Assembly: GCA_038882955.1 (NCBI GenBank)
Contig: JAVZNC010000003.1
Location: 32,001 to 96,000 of the forward strand
Source of the DNA: Candidatus Bathyarchaeia archaeon
Lineage (GTDB): Archaea > Thermoproteota > Bathyarchaeia > Bathyarchaeales > Bathycorpusculaceae
Direction of reading: 5' to 3'
Length of the DNA stretch: 64,000 nucleotides
In this document: positions 45,709-55,767 of the stretch, in pieces
How positions within the stretch are numbered: the stretch's first letter is position 1
Layout: every line of letters begins with the position of its first letter
The notes under the pieces: model-generated
Told to the model about the DNA's origin: nothing
The model's input: the letters and a program-made list of their open reading frames with translations, nothing else
The model's database searches: none
Position numbers and translations under genes: made by a program

Positions 45709-48588
45709 TTACCAGAACCTTTTGCTTAAGGCTTTGCGTTCAGCCTCGAGAACAAGCTCATAAAACCTATCATTCAACTTTGTCTCTTCCTTTAGGACAT
45801 CCTTGATTTCTGAAGGGCTAACCTTTCTGGCACATAGGGCAACCACAGCCGCCTTTCCATACTTCTCTATTAACTGCGCCGTTTGCAATGCTTGCTTTTT
45901 CAGCTTCTCCTCGCTTTTTGTCAATTTTTCGCCCTTCTTCTCAACTATAGGAACCAGCCTCTCCTCTTCAACCTTCAAAAGCCCTATGGCTCCAGAACCG
46001 CATCTTGGGCATTTTGGTTTTTCTGGCAAGTCCTTTGCGCGTGCCATTTCCAAATAGCTCCAACAGTTTGTGCATACGAAATTGCATGTTTCGTTGAGAA
46101 GCCTAGCCTTAATTGACTCTATTAGGACGGCGCGCATCCTTTCTGGTGGGATCAAATCGGTTTTCATGCTGACTCTTTCAATTCCTACACGGGCAACTGG
46201 TGTTGCCTTGCCTTCAGTTTCGACTTTCAGTATTTGGATTTCGCCTTCTCGGATCTTTTTAAGCACGTAAACAAGCCTTTCTAAGTCCAAGTCCTTTGTG
46301 AAAACTTCCTTTAAGCCTTCATCGTATATCGGCGTGTCTTCAAAACTTTTTATTAGCCTTTGTAGGCTTACGTTGCTGAAGTCAGCCCATTTCTGTAAGG
46401 CTCCGAAGCGTCTTGCCACGTGAATCATTCGCCTCTTGAAAAGCCCAGTTTTTACTGTAGCCCTTGTTAGCGTCTCTCTTACAGCATGTTCTGGCATTGC
46501 ACGCATTTCATTAAAAAGTTCAATTATGTTATTCGCGTTCGCCGTGCCCATTGTCTGCACAAAGATGCGGTAGGGGTCATGTTGAACGACAACGGCATAT
46601 CCGATTTTTTCCGAGAGCAGTTGTCCCAAAAGCTGGGCTAGGGCTCTGTTCGTAAGAGAGCCGAAGTTGGCGTGAATAATCACGAACTCTTCCCAATCTT
46701 CGACTATTATTCGCTTGTCAGTTGGAACTGGAATCCCAGACGCCACATGTTCCACGGTTTCAGCTAAAGCCCGCAAAATCGTGTCCTTGTCAGCGGGGTA
46801 CCGTTCACTAAGCTTGGCGGCAACTTCTTCTGAGGAAAGCCCCTTATGCATTTGTTCTTCGACAAAGGCTCTTATTGCGCCTACTTCTTGCGCAACCTCA
46901 AACGGGACGGGGATTTCTTCGCCTATCCAGCTTGGTATTGCCCCAGTTGGGTCGTCAACCGGCTTCACGTAAACCTTCTCTTCTGAAATGTGGAGGATTC
47001 GCCATGGACTTCCTCTAATAATGAACTTTATTCCAGGCTTACCATACTCAGCCATAAACGCTTCGTCTAGAACGCCTATCGCCGAGTCGCTTGATTCGTC
47101 AACAACGAGAAACTGTTTCTCCTCGGGTATCATGGACAAGTTTTCGAAGTAATACTCGAATAGGGCTTTTGTCCTTCGAGGCTTCAGAACCACCTTATCT
47201 TCAAATGAAACCCATGCCAAGCGTGGAAAACGCTGGTGCATATACCTCAAAATCTTTTCAACATCCTCCATTGTCAAGTCCTTGTACGGGTACGCGTTTC
47301 TAAAAAGCTCCAATATCTCGTTAAACTCCAATCTGCGATTTTTGAGAAGTAAGCCAGCAATCTGGTGTGCAAGGGCATCATAAGGCTTTTGGGGAATTTC
47401 AACGGGCTCTAAATCTTCATTTAATGCACGTCTGGCTATGGCTAAAGCTTCAAGCGTGTCATCGGAGTCCATGGCGACGATGATGCCTTCGGCTATGCGT
47501 CCAATTCTGTGTCCGCTTCTTCCGACGCGCTGTATTAGCCTAGTAACTTGCCTTGGACTCATGTATTGTATTACGAGATCTATTCTGCCAACATCTATGC
47601 CCAGTTCGAGGCTGCTTGTGCAGACGAGTCCCTTTAACTCGCCGTTTTTTAGCCCTCTTTCCGCTGCTATACGCGAGGGCTTTGCGAGTGAACCGTGGTG
47701 AATGGAAACTGGAAAGTCTATGTCCCAAACCTTGAATCTGCTCGCCAAAACTTCAGATATAGTCCTCGTGTTAGTGAACAGCAACACAGATCTATGCCTA
47801 CCTATGTAGTCGCGGATTATGCGCAGTCGCGCTGCAACTTCTGGATGTGTATAAAGTTTTGAAGAAAGCTTAAAGTCCTCTGGTTCTGGCTGTGGGAAAA
47901 GTATTTTTAGGCGCATAAGCCTTGCAACTGGGACGCGCACAATTTCGACGCTTCTACCGTTTCCAACAAGAAACTGGGCAACCTTCTCTGGACTGCCTAT
48001 TGTTGCTGACAATCCTATAACTTGAAAGTCCTTACCAACCATGCTCCTAAGCCTTTCCAAGGCGAGGGCTAGTTGGCTGCCTCTCTTGCTGTCAGCCATC
48101 TCGTGAACTTCATCGATTATAACCCAGCGCACCTGCTGCAGGTGTTGCCTCATAACCCACCCTGGCAATATCGCTTGAAGTGTCTCGGGTGTTGTGATTA
48201 AAATGTCTGGTGGGCTTCTAGCCTGCCTTGTACGCTCCTTTGTTTCTGTGTCGCCGTGTCTAACAGCAAGTTTGATGTCGAGGTTGTTGCACCACCACTC
48301 AAGTCTCTCAAGCATGTCGCGGTTAAGAGCCCTTAAAGGCGTAATATACAACGCCTTTATTCCAGGAATTTTTCGCGGTTCCTGCAGCATCATGCTTAGG
48401 ACAGGCAAGAATGCGGCTTCGGTTTTTCCAGTTGCAGTTGGCGAAATGAGCAGCACATTTTTTCCTTCAAGAATTTTTGGGATGGCTTTTTCTTGGGGTT
48501 CGGTTGGCTTTGAGAATCCTCTCTGCTCGATGAGCCTTCGAACGGGCTTAACTAGAAGTTCAAAAGCATTTTTCAGCGAATCCTTCAA
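45709..48588 (-). CDS. lhr: Lhr-family SF2 helicase with C-terminal zinc finger
   Basis: PTATGKT, DEVH, LSAT, HHGSL, LELGID, QRVGRSGH; C-terminal CTNC...CPRC. Confidence 0.92.
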   Translation of the reverse strand: MKDSLKNAFELLVKPVRRLIEQRGFSKPTEPQEKAIPKILEGKNVLLISPTATGKTEAAFLPVLSMMLQEPRKIPGIKALYITPLRALNRDMLERLEWWCNNLDIKLAVRHGDTETKERTRQARSPPDILITTPETLQAILPGWVMRQHLQQVRWVIIDEVHEMADSKRGSQLALALERLRSMVGKDFQVIGLSATIGSPEKVAQFLVGNGRSVEIVRVPVARLMRLKILFPQPEPEDFKLSSKLYTHPEVAARLRIIRDYIGRHRSVLLFTNTRTISEVLASRFKVWDIDFPVSIHHGSLAKPSRIAAERGLKNGELKGLVCTSSLELGIDVGRIDLVIQYMSPRQVTRLIQRVGRSGHRIGRIAEGIIVAMDSDDTLEALAIARRALNEDLEPVEIPQKPYDALAHQIAGLLLKNRRLEFNEILELFRNAYPYKDLTMEDVEKILRYMHQRFPRLAWVSFEDKVVLKPRRTKALFEYYFENLSMIPEEKQFLVVDESSDSAIGVLDEAFMAEYGKPGIKFIIRGSPWRILHISEEKVYVKPVDDPTGAIPSWIGEEIPVPFEVAQEVGAIRAFVEEQMHKGLSSEEVAAKLSERYPADKDTILRALAETVEHVASGIPVPTDKRIIVEDWEEFVIIHANFGSLTNRALAQLLGQLLSEKIGYAVVVQHDPYRIFVQTMGTANANNIIELFNEMRAMPEHAVRETLTRATVKTGLFKRRMIHVARRFGALQKWADFSNVSLQRLIKSFEDTPIYDEGLKEVFTKDLDLERLVYVLKKIREGEIQILKVETEGKATPVARVGIERVSMKTDLIPPERMRAVLIESIKARLLNETCNFVCTNCWSYLEMARAKDLPEKPKCPRCGSGAIGLLKVEEERLVPIVEKKGEKLTKSEEKLKKQALQTAQLIEKYGKAAVVALCARKVSPSEIKDVLKEETKLNDRFYELVLEAERKALSKRFW

Positions 48589-48705
48589 TCAGCCTGTGCC
48601 TCAACGCATAAAAGAGCGTTAAGTCGATGGTAAAAGTGTTTTGGAATACCTATCGTCAAATAACTAATTTATACTGCAATCAACCAAATGTAGAAGGCGG
48701 TCGGA

Positions 48706-49221
48706 ATGCGCCAAACCAAGCAATTAAAAAAGACGCGTAAACGAGTTAGGAAAAGAAGTAAACCGCGAATCGAAATCCGCCAAATGACGCTAGAAGACCT
48801 TTCAGATGTGTGGAGCCTGGGCGAAAAAATTTTCACGCCGTCAAATCTGCAGTTTACTTATCGAACATGGAACATAGACGAGCTATTATCGCTATTCTAC
48901 AGCGACCCAGAACTCTGTTTAGTTGCGCAAGATGGAAAATCAAAGAAAATAGTTGGCTTTGCTATAGGAACTATTCTTAAACGTCCATATAGCCCATGGA
49001 CTTACGGCTATTTCATTTGGGCTGGAGTGCAGAAAATTAGGCAGAAAAGCGGTGTTGGACGAAGATTGTATAGGGAGTTAGAAAAGCGCTTTAAAGATAA
49101 GGGCGCCCGCATAGTAATAGCTGACGTGGAGAGCAACAACACTGCGGGAATACGGTTCATAAAGAAACTAGGGTTCAAAGAAGCCCAAACATACGTCTGG
49201 TATTCAAAAAGCCTAGAATAA
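48706..49221 (+). CDS. GNAT N-acetyltransferase
   Basis: RQKSGVGRRL acetyl-CoA motif and NTAGIRFIKKLGF. Confidence 0.85.
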   Translation: MRQTKQLKKTRKRVRKRSKPRIEIRQMTLEDLSDVWSLGEKIFTPSNLQFTYRTWNIDELLSLFYSDPELCLVAQDGKSKKIVGFAIGTILKRPYSPWTYGYFIWAGVQKIRQKSGVGRRLYRELEKRFKDKGARIVIADVESNNTAGIRFIKKLGFKEAQTYVWYSKSLE

Positions 49222-49649
49222 ACGATTAAGTGTTGGACAATTTTGATACATTGCCTTCAATTCCATAATTTTTACATCATAAATTTTAGCATTTTATGCA
49301 ACATCAAAAGGACAAGGAAATGGAACATTTAGGCTTGGCGGTTATTTTTGGTATTTTTAGCCTACCGATTTCCCATAAGAGACATTTCATAAGCCCCATG
49401 AAAGCTGGTTCATGACGTTTTTAACGTGCTTTAATGTTTTTTCTCGAGGGCGCATTTGATGAAAATCGCTTTTTCTATAGCCTTTTTGAATGGTTTACCA
49501 TGCACTTTTCAGTTTTTTGTTTTGCTTTTTGCAAAGAAAATGTTTATGTTTGGCGTCCAATTCTGTCTTATCTATTCGAAAATAATGGAAAGTTTTTTAT
49601 CTATCATCATGCGAAACCATGGATATTGGAGAACATTGGAGGAAATTAA

Positions 49650-49820
49650 ATGGCTAAATGTCCAAAATGTGGAACTGTTGTAAACACTCCAAAGAAAAAG
49701 TGGACGATGGCTGGGCGACCAGACAAGTCTGGCAAGCGAATGCAACTTGAAATAGGACTTTTTGACTGCCCGAAATGTAAGAAACCATTCAGAGAAGTGC
49801 TAAGCAAAAAGAAAGTTTAA
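49650..49820 (+). CDS. Cren7-like chromatin protein with CxxC pairs (56 aa; below the ORF-track cutoff)
   Basis: MAKCPKCGTVVNTPKKKWTMAGRPDKSGKRMQLEIGLFDCPKCKKPFREVLSKKKV has the Cren7 P.K.W.(L/M)A and IGLF..P....FR motifs. GGAGG RBS, upstream BRE/TATA and a pyrimidine-rich terminator. Confidence 0.8.
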   Translation: MAKCPKCGTVVNTPKKKWTMAGRPDKSGKRMQLEIGLFDCPKCKKPFREVLSKKKV

Positions 49821-49954
49821 ACGGAGCGAACTCGCGCATCAAAGTCTAAAGCTAACTCGCCTTCCCCCTATTTTTCCTTATGCCCAAAAACGCTAAGTTT
49901 TAATTCAGGTAAATCTTAAACAAGAGAATCCGCAAGTAACAGAAGGCAATAGAA

Positions 49955-50596
49955 TTGGCTACGGAAAAGCTCAAGAGGTTGTGGAAAAACGATTATTTTC
50001 AAACAGCCCTTATGGTTGCGCTTGTCGTAATCATAGTTTTCGGTTTTTGGAATGGACTGTCATATGCGCTTGGCACACCATACCCAATGGTAGCCGTAAG
50101 CGGATCAAGCATGTGCATGCTACACCGATGGAATCAAGATTATAAATGTGATGGTTGGACGCATCCGTTTGAACGCACCTTACATGACGGAGACCTTGTG
50201 ATTCTTCAAGGAGTAAACCCAAACGACATCAATGTAGGCGATATCATCGTATACCGCAATGTTGCAGGCGACCTTGTAATACACAGAGTAATAAAAAAGG
50301 AGTTTGATGGAAATATTAACAAGTGGGTTTTTACTACGCGGGGTGACGGAAACCTTTCGGAAGATCCCCCAGTGTCTGAAGACGCTGTTATCGGTAGGGT
50401 TCTTTGTCGTGTTCCATGGCTTGGGCATATCGCGCTTTTTATGCGCAACTCTTTTGCCGCCTTCATAATAATCGCCATAATAATTCTACTAATTTTTGAA
50501 CTTGTCCTTCCAGCCCTGATAGGCGAGAAGGAGGAGAAAAGAGGGAAAGCTGAAAAAACGCAGGAGAAAAGCTCAGAACACGCTTCGGAAACCTAA
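49955..50596 (+). CDS. sec11: Signal peptidase I (archaeal Sec11 type)
   Basis: VSGSSM, GDLV, VIHRV and TRGDGN..ED motifs. Confidence 0.88.
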   Translation: MATEKLKRLWKNDYFQTALMVALVVIIVFGFWNGLSYALGTPYPMVAVSGSSMCMLHRWNQDYKCDGWTHPFERTLHDGDLVILQGVNPNDINVGDIIVYRNVAGDLVIHRVIKKEFDGNINKWVFTTRGDGNLSEDPPVSEDAVIGRVLCRVPWLGHIALFMRNSFAAFIIIAIIILLIFELVLPALIGEKEEKRGKAEKTQEKSSEHASET

Positions 50597-50640
50597 TGCT
50601 TTATAAAGGGTATTTAAGCATTCACTATAAGAAGTGATGT

Positions 50641-51204
50641 TTGATGCCAAAGGTTAAGGCTGTCATAAACATTGAGAATGTTGTCGCTTCAGCAACTCTG
50701 AACCAGAAGGTTGACTTGAACGCTGTTGTTAAGGGTTATCCAGGCGTGGAATACCGTCCAGAACAGTTTCCAGGCTTGGTTTTTAGGCTTAAGCGCCCGA
50801 AAACTGCAACTTTGATTTTCAATTCTGGGAAAATGGTTTGCACTGGAGCAAAATCGGAGAAAGAAGCAAAAAGCGCTGTAATGAAGGTTATAAAGGAGCT
50901 AAAGAAGGGCGGAATAATCATAATCAGCAAGCCAGAACTCCGCATACAAAACATTGTTGCATCTGCAAGCCTCGGCGGAATGATAGACTTGGAGAAGGCA
51001 GCATACACGCTTGGAAAGACTATGTATGAACCAGAGCAGTTTCCAGGCTTAATTTACAGGATGGACGAGCCCAAAGTTGTGATTCTATTGTTCGCGAGCG
51101 GCAAACTTGTCTGCACTGGAGCGAAAAGAGAACAAGATGTTTATGATGCTGTGCATAAGCTTCATGATATACTTGAACAGCGAGAACTAATATTCTACGA
51201 GTAA
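50641..51204 (+). CDS. tbp: TATA-box-binding protein
   Basis: Two direct repeats with Y.PEQFPGL and F.SGK.VCTGAK. Confidence 0.97.
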   Translation: MMPKVKAVINIENVVASATLNQKVDLNAVVKGYPGVEYRPEQFPGLVFRLKRPKTATLIFNSGKMVCTGAKSEKEAKSAVMKVIKELKKGGIIIISKPELRIQNIVASASLGGMIDLEKAAYTLGKTMYEPEQFPGLIYRMDEPKVVILLFASGKLVCTGAKREQDVYDAVHKLHDILEQRELIFYE

Positions 51205-51212
51205 AATCCCAC

Positions 51213-51836
51213 TTATCCTTTTTTGATCTGCCTCAAAATTGTTTTCAACTGCTCCTCATCAATAGCTCCAATCTCATGCATTTTTTCAGCTATCTCGCTG
51301 ATTCTTATCAATGAATGAAGCCTTATCCCCGTCTTTTCAAGCTTTTCTCTTCCACCTTCTTCCCTATCGAGGAGCACAACAGCATCCGTTACAACACCGC
51401 CCTCAGCTATCACAGCCCTAGCCGCCTTTTTCAAGGACAATCCAGTTGTAACTAAATCGTCAACGAGTAGAACGCGGTCTCCAGGCTTTAAAACACCCTC
51501 GATTCTCCTTTGCCTCCCGTGTAAGCGGGCGCCTTTTCTAACGTAGATGAACGGTTTTTTGAGGTTATAGGCGATTACAGAGGCGAATGGTATGCCTGCA
51601 ACTGGAATTCCAGCGATTCTCTCAAAACTTTTAGTGTCGATTTTGTTCTTTATGAATTCTGCGTAGAAGCTGCAGATTTTTTGGAAAGCGTCTGGAAAGC
51701 TTGGGACAACCCTCAAATCTATGTAGTAGGGGCTTATTTTCCCGCTTGTAAGTTTGAAAGCGCCGAATTCGAAAGCGCCTATCTTGTTTAGGATTCTGCA
51801 AATCTCATTCTTGACTTGTTCTGCGCCTTTTTCCAT
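51213..51836 (-). CDS. pyrE: Orotate phosphoribosyltransferase
   Basis: FKLTSGKISPYYIDLR and the VLLVDDLVTTG PRPP motif. Confidence 0.92.
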   Translation of the reverse strand: MEKGAEQVKNEICRILNKIGAFEFGAFKLTSGKISPYYIDLRVVPSFPDAFQKICSFYAEFIKNKIDTKSFERIAGIPVAGIPFASVIAYNLKKPFIYVRKGARLHGRQRRIEGVLKPGDRVLLVDDLVTTGLSLKKAARAVIAEGGVVTDAVVLLDREEGGREKLEKTGIRLHSLIRISEIAEKMHEIGAIDEEQLKTILRQIKKG

Positions 51837-51845
51837 AGCGAATTT

Positions 51846-52538
51846 TCACGTCCTTTTCGAAACTTGGTAGATTTTGCCCACTTCTGGAATTAAACAGTTA
51901 ATTTTTGGAAGTTCACGCTTCAAAATTTCCGCAAACTTCTTCTGGTCTGCAGCAGAGCCCGTGTGATATGGAACTGCAACTTTAGGCTTAGTTAGTCTTG
52001 CGATGTCAACTCCTGTTTGCGGGGAAGTTCCAGGCGCGATGCCAACTGTGCAGAAGACAAGGTCGAATTTTTCCCTTTCACCTAGGGCGGTCATTTCAGG
52101 GAATGGTAGGCTGTCTGCAGTGTGGAATATTTTCACGTTGTCCTCGCTTGTTATTATAAAGGATACTGGTGTGGCTGCTGGAGGATGATTACATTTTTCA
52201 ACTTTTACTGAAACATCGTCGACCTTAACTTCGTCTCCAGCCCTAACCTCGCTAAGCTTTTCCGCCGAAATAATATTGCGCAGCCTCTTCGCCGAAGTCT
52301 GGTCAGCCACAACCAAACATTTTGTCTGTTTATGGATTTCCGAAATAAGCGATGGATCAAAATGATCGTAATGTTCATGGCTTATCAAAATGGCGTCAAC
52401 GTTTGTGAAGTTCTTTGATTTTACGTCTACCGGGTCAACTACGATGGTTTTTGATGGCGTCTTAACTGTTACTCCAGCATAATGGTTGAACCAAACAAAC
52501 AGAACTTCATTTTTAGAGGGAGTCTCGCCTATTGACAT
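51846..52538 (-). CDS. MBL-fold metallo-hydrolase
   Basis: ISHEHYDH, IFHTADS and VPYH motifs. Confidence 0.85.
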   Translation of the reverse strand: MSIGETPSKNEVLFVWFNHYAGVTVKTPSKTIVVDPVDVKSKNFTNVDAILISHEHYDHFDPSLISEIHKQTKCLVVADQTSAKRLRNIISAEKLSEVRAGDEVKVDDVSVKVEKCNHPPAATPVSFIITSEDNVKIFHTADSLPFPEMTALGEREKFDLVFCTVGIAPGTSPQTGVDIARLTKPKVAVPYHTGSAADQKKFAEILKRELPKINCLIPEVGKIYQVSKRT

Positions 52539-52677
52539 CTTAATCCTCCATGTTTAGTAATTATTCTCTTTTGTTTTAAAAGAGCTTTGCTATCACTAGT
52601 TCATTTGCGGTTAAAGCGTTTTTTGGTAATGCTTAATAACCGCTTTCTGTTGTTTCAATGTTTACGGTGACCCGTTC

Positions 52678-53955
52678 ATGGTTGACGTTTGGCTTCCCTA
52701 TGGAAAAACCGAGGTTTGCGCGAGGATTCCAGCGCAGAACTTTCTCGGTTCAATAGAGCCCAAAGAGAAAGAAGGTGTTTCAGATGCGAGGGCTGAAATT
52801 GAGAGGGCTTTAAAAGAGCCAACTGCATCAAAAAGGCTAAGCGAAATAGTTAAGCCTGAACATAAAGTGGCTATAGTTGTTGATGACGCAACAAGACCTG
52901 CGCCAAGCCATCTTATGGTCCCTCCATTACTTGATGAGTTGAATGCGGCTGGCGTTAAAAATGAGAATATCACGATTATTTTTGGTTGTGGCACGCATAG
53001 GGCTGTTACGCCCGAGGAGGCCGTTCAACTTTTAGGCGAGGCTGTCATTAAACGCGTGAAGGCAATAAGCCATGATTGTAGGGCTAAAGATTTGGTTTAT
53101 GTTGGGACGACGAAAACGTATGGCACAAAAGTTTATTTGAACCGCGTTTTCGCCGAGGCTGATGTGAAACTTTTGACTGGCGACGTTGGTTTCCACTATT
53201 ATGCTGGTTATGGCGGTGGAAGAAAAAGCGTCTTGCCAGGGGTTGCTGGCGAAGAAACTATTAAGCATAATCACGCCATGCTTTTGCATTCGAACTCGAA
53301 GACTGGAGTTTTAAATGGTAATCCAGTTCACGAGGACATGGTTGAAGCGGCTAGGCTTGCAAAAGTTGATTTCATCTTGAATGTTGTTTGCAATAGCAAG
53401 GGCGATGTTGTGAGGGCTTTTGCTGGAGATTTGGAACAAGCCTTCCTCGAAGGCGTTAAACTTGTTGATGAAATGTACCGTGTTCCAGTAAACCGCAAAG
53501 CAGACATCGTCGTTGTCAGTCCAGGTGGACATCCAGCAGACGTGAACCTATTCCAAGCTTACAAAGGCGTCGACGCAGCCTTAGAAGTTGTTAAGCGTGG
53601 AGGCATCATCGTGTTGGTTGCCGAGTGTCCAGAAGGTCATGGAAACCAAGTTTTTTATGATTGCATGGTTAAGTTTGGCGATTTGAAGGCTATTGAGAGG
53701 GAAATTAAGCGCAACTTTATTTTGGGCGGACACAAAGCCTATTATTTGCTTAAGGCTTTGCAGAAGGTTCAGATAATACTTGTTTCCACAATGCCAGACT
53801 ACTACGCCACAAATATTTTCAAGCTGAAGACTGCACGGGGCGTAAACGACGCCTTGGACGAAGCCTTCCGCATTGCTGGGAAAAACGCGAAGGTTTGGGT
53901 TATGCCCCACGGAAACTTTACGCTTCCAGAAGTTAAAAGCGAAGAGCAAAGCTAA
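52678..53955 (+). CDS. larA: Nickel-pincer-dependent lactate racemase family (LarA)
   Basis: VDDATRP, GCGTHR, HYYAGYGGGRKSVLPG and DVNLFQAYK motifs. Confidence 0.88.
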   Translation: MVDVWLPYGKTEVCARIPAQNFLGSIEPKEKEGVSDARAEIERALKEPTASKRLSEIVKPEHKVAIVVDDATRPAPSHLMVPPLLDELNAAGVKNENITIIFGCGTHRAVTPEEAVQLLGEAVIKRVKAISHDCRAKDLVYVGTTKTYGTKVYLNRVFAEADVKLLTGDVGFHYYAGYGGGRKSVLPGVAGEETIKHNHAMLLHSNSKTGVLNGNPVHEDMVEAARLAKVDFILNVVCNSKGDVVRAFAGDLEQAFLEGVKLVDEMYRVPVNRKADIVVVSPGGHPADVNLFQAYKGVDAALEVVKRGGIIVLVAECPEGHGNQVFYDCMVKFGDLKAIEREIKRNFILGGHKAYYLLKALQKVQIILVSTMPDYYATNIFKLKTARGVNDALDEAFRIAGKNAKVWVMPHGNFTLPEVKSEEQS

Positions 53956-54012
53956 TCAAGAACGTTAAACAGTAAAACTCTCATTCCTTTAAAAGCAAGG
54001 GAGAAAAAATAC

Positions 54013-54504
54013 GTGCAAAAAACCTTCACATTACGGAAATTCACAGTGGAAGACCTACAAGACGTAATACATATCAACCGCGTTTGTTTGCCGGAAAACT
54101 ATACAGACTTCTTCTTTCTCGACTTGCATAGACGCTTTCCAGAAACGTTTATTGTCGCTGAGGAAAACGGCGAAATAGTTGGCTATATAATGTGCCGCAT
54201 AGAATTCGGCTTGTCAGACTTTGGTTTCAGCGGTCTAATAAAGAAGGGGCACATAGTTTCGGTTGCTGTTATGCCCCAACATAGAAGGAAGGGTATAGGG
54301 CAAGCCTTAATAACAAAAGCCTTAAACGGCATGCGCTCTTACGGAGCCAAACAATGCTTTCTAGAAGTTAGGATAACCAATGATCCAGCCATCAGCCTAT
54401 ACAAAAAGCTCGGTTTCAAGGTAGCACGCACAATTCATGGTTATTATGCTGATGGCGAAGACGCTTATGTTATGAGCAGGGAAATCTCTCAAAAAGGAAA
54501 GTGA
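54013..54504 (+). CDS. rimI: N-terminal protein acetyltransferase (Ard1/RimI)
   Basis: CLPENY, GYIMCRIE, GHIVSVAV..HRRKGIG and YYADGEDAY motifs. Confidence 0.9.
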   Translation: MQKTFTLRKFTVEDLQDVIHINRVCLPENYTDFFFLDLHRRFPETFIVAEENGEIVGYIMCRIEFGLSDFGFSGLIKKGHIVSVAVMPQHRRKGIGQALITKALNGMRSYGAKQCFLEVRITNDPAISLYKKLGFKVARTIHGYYADGEDAYVMSREISQKGK

Positions 54505-54507
54505 AGA

Positions 54508-54957
54508 CTAAATTTTTGTATATTCAGCCTTCTCGCTTACATAATTTATTGCTTGAAGCACAGTTTTTGTGAGTCCGAGCAAGCCCAAGAGAACAGTGAA
54601 CATCAGGAAAATGCGTATGTCCAAAACGAAGTTTATGTTTTGGAAACTTCCACCTATCAACCCACCATTCAGTGAAATGAGCAAGTATCCAATTACAAAC
54701 AAATCTCTGGCAGCGGCGAAGAAAAACTGGAAAATTGTTCCAGAAGCGAATTCGCCTATAATCATGAAAGTTATGTAAATGACAACAAAAGTTTCAACAG
54801 CCTCTTTCAATCCTGGAACCATGTTTGCCACTGGTGCTACAAACATCCAAGAAACAAAGTATAACGCGTAGAAGAGCACGCCCTTTATTGTTGCCTTTAA
54901 AGCTTTGAACGTTATGTTCCGAATTTTTCTTTTGAGGCTGTTGTCCTTTTCAGTCAA
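54508..54957 (-). CDS. Hypothetical four-TM membrane protein
   Basis: Four hydrophobic segments; overlaps the upstream gene by 8 bp. Confidence 0.7.
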   Translation of the reverse strand: MTEKDNSLKRKIRNITFKALKATIKGVLFYALYFVSWMFVAPVANMVPGLKEAVETFVVIYITFMIIGEFASGTIFQFFFAAARDLFVIGYLLISLNGGLIGGSFQNINFVLDIRIFLMFTVLLGLLGLTKTVLQAINYVSEKAEYTKI

Positions 54958-55735
54958 GATTTATCTCTCCAATTTTAACGTTAAAAATTGACGTTTGAAG
55001 ATAAAATTCGAGTCGCTTGCACAACGGGATAACCGTATTTCTAACGCATATTTCAGCGTATTCGCTGTAAACTGTGTGGCTTGGTGCCTCAATAAATGTT
55101 TGCGCTTCTCCTATCACGGCACCTTCAGAATCATACATGCGAATCGAAAGATTTCCAGCAACATCGAAAAACGCGTGGTTTTCAAAGCTTATTGGCGTCT
55201 TTATCAGCGTGTACGTTCTATTGGCAACACGTTCTGGTTCGCCTATGTTTAGGTTGTAAAGCGGCGCGCCCCACGGAAACGTAACATTTGTTGATACTGT
55301 GAAAGGAATCAATTCTGCGACGCCCATGCCAACATTTTCATACAACACGAATGTTGTGTCGTTAAAGATCAGGTTGGAGTTTTCTTGAAACAACTTTGTG
55401 ACGTTTACTGTTATGTTATGCCTTATCGTGGTTACGGTATTTCTTCCTATAACGGGTATGCATGTGTTTCCATGTGCAATGATGGAACCTTCTAAACTGG
55501 AAATTTCAGTTGTTATGTTGAAAAAGCCTATGTTAAAAAGTCCCATGTTCTCAACGGTTATTGGCAAGCAAAGAATCATCTCGTTTTGGTCTGTAAGGCT
55601 TGTTGGTATTTCCAACTCTCCAAAACCTAAGCGTACATCCTTTACGAAGGAATAAACTGCGGAAATGGTGAAAGCTGCCAGAAAAATCCAGAATAACGCT
55701 GTTGCTATGCTTATCATCCGAATTGCTACTTTCAT
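54950..55735 (-). CDS. Membrane-anchored protein with tandem LEA_2/Ig-like beta domains
   Basis: N-terminal TM helix and two PI(T/S).EN repeats; several sequons. Confidence 0.65.
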   Translation of the reverse strand: MKVAIRMISIATALFWIFLAAFTISAVYSFVKDVRLGFGELEIPTSLTDQNEMILCLPITVENMGLFNIGFFNITTEISSLEGSIIAHGNTCIPVIGRNTVTTIRHNITVNVTKLFQENSNLIFNDTTFVLYENVGMGVAELIPFTVSTNVTFPWGAPLYNLNIGEPERVANRTYTLIKTPISFENHAFFDVAGNLSIRMYDSEGAVIGEAQTFIEAPSHTVYSEYAEICVRNTVIPLCKRLEFYLQTSIFNVKIGEINLD

Positions 55736-55767
55736 CGACGCGCTTTCCCCGACAAATTAAGATGATT

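Noticed and set aside
49222-49649. ORFs 49434-49649, 49456-49683 and a 31-codon ORF at 49320 in the longest intergenic gap
   Set aside because: T-rich, Phe-biased and motif-free, and the two longer ones overlap the Cren7-like promoter. Most likely non-coding, although an ncRNA cannot be excluded.
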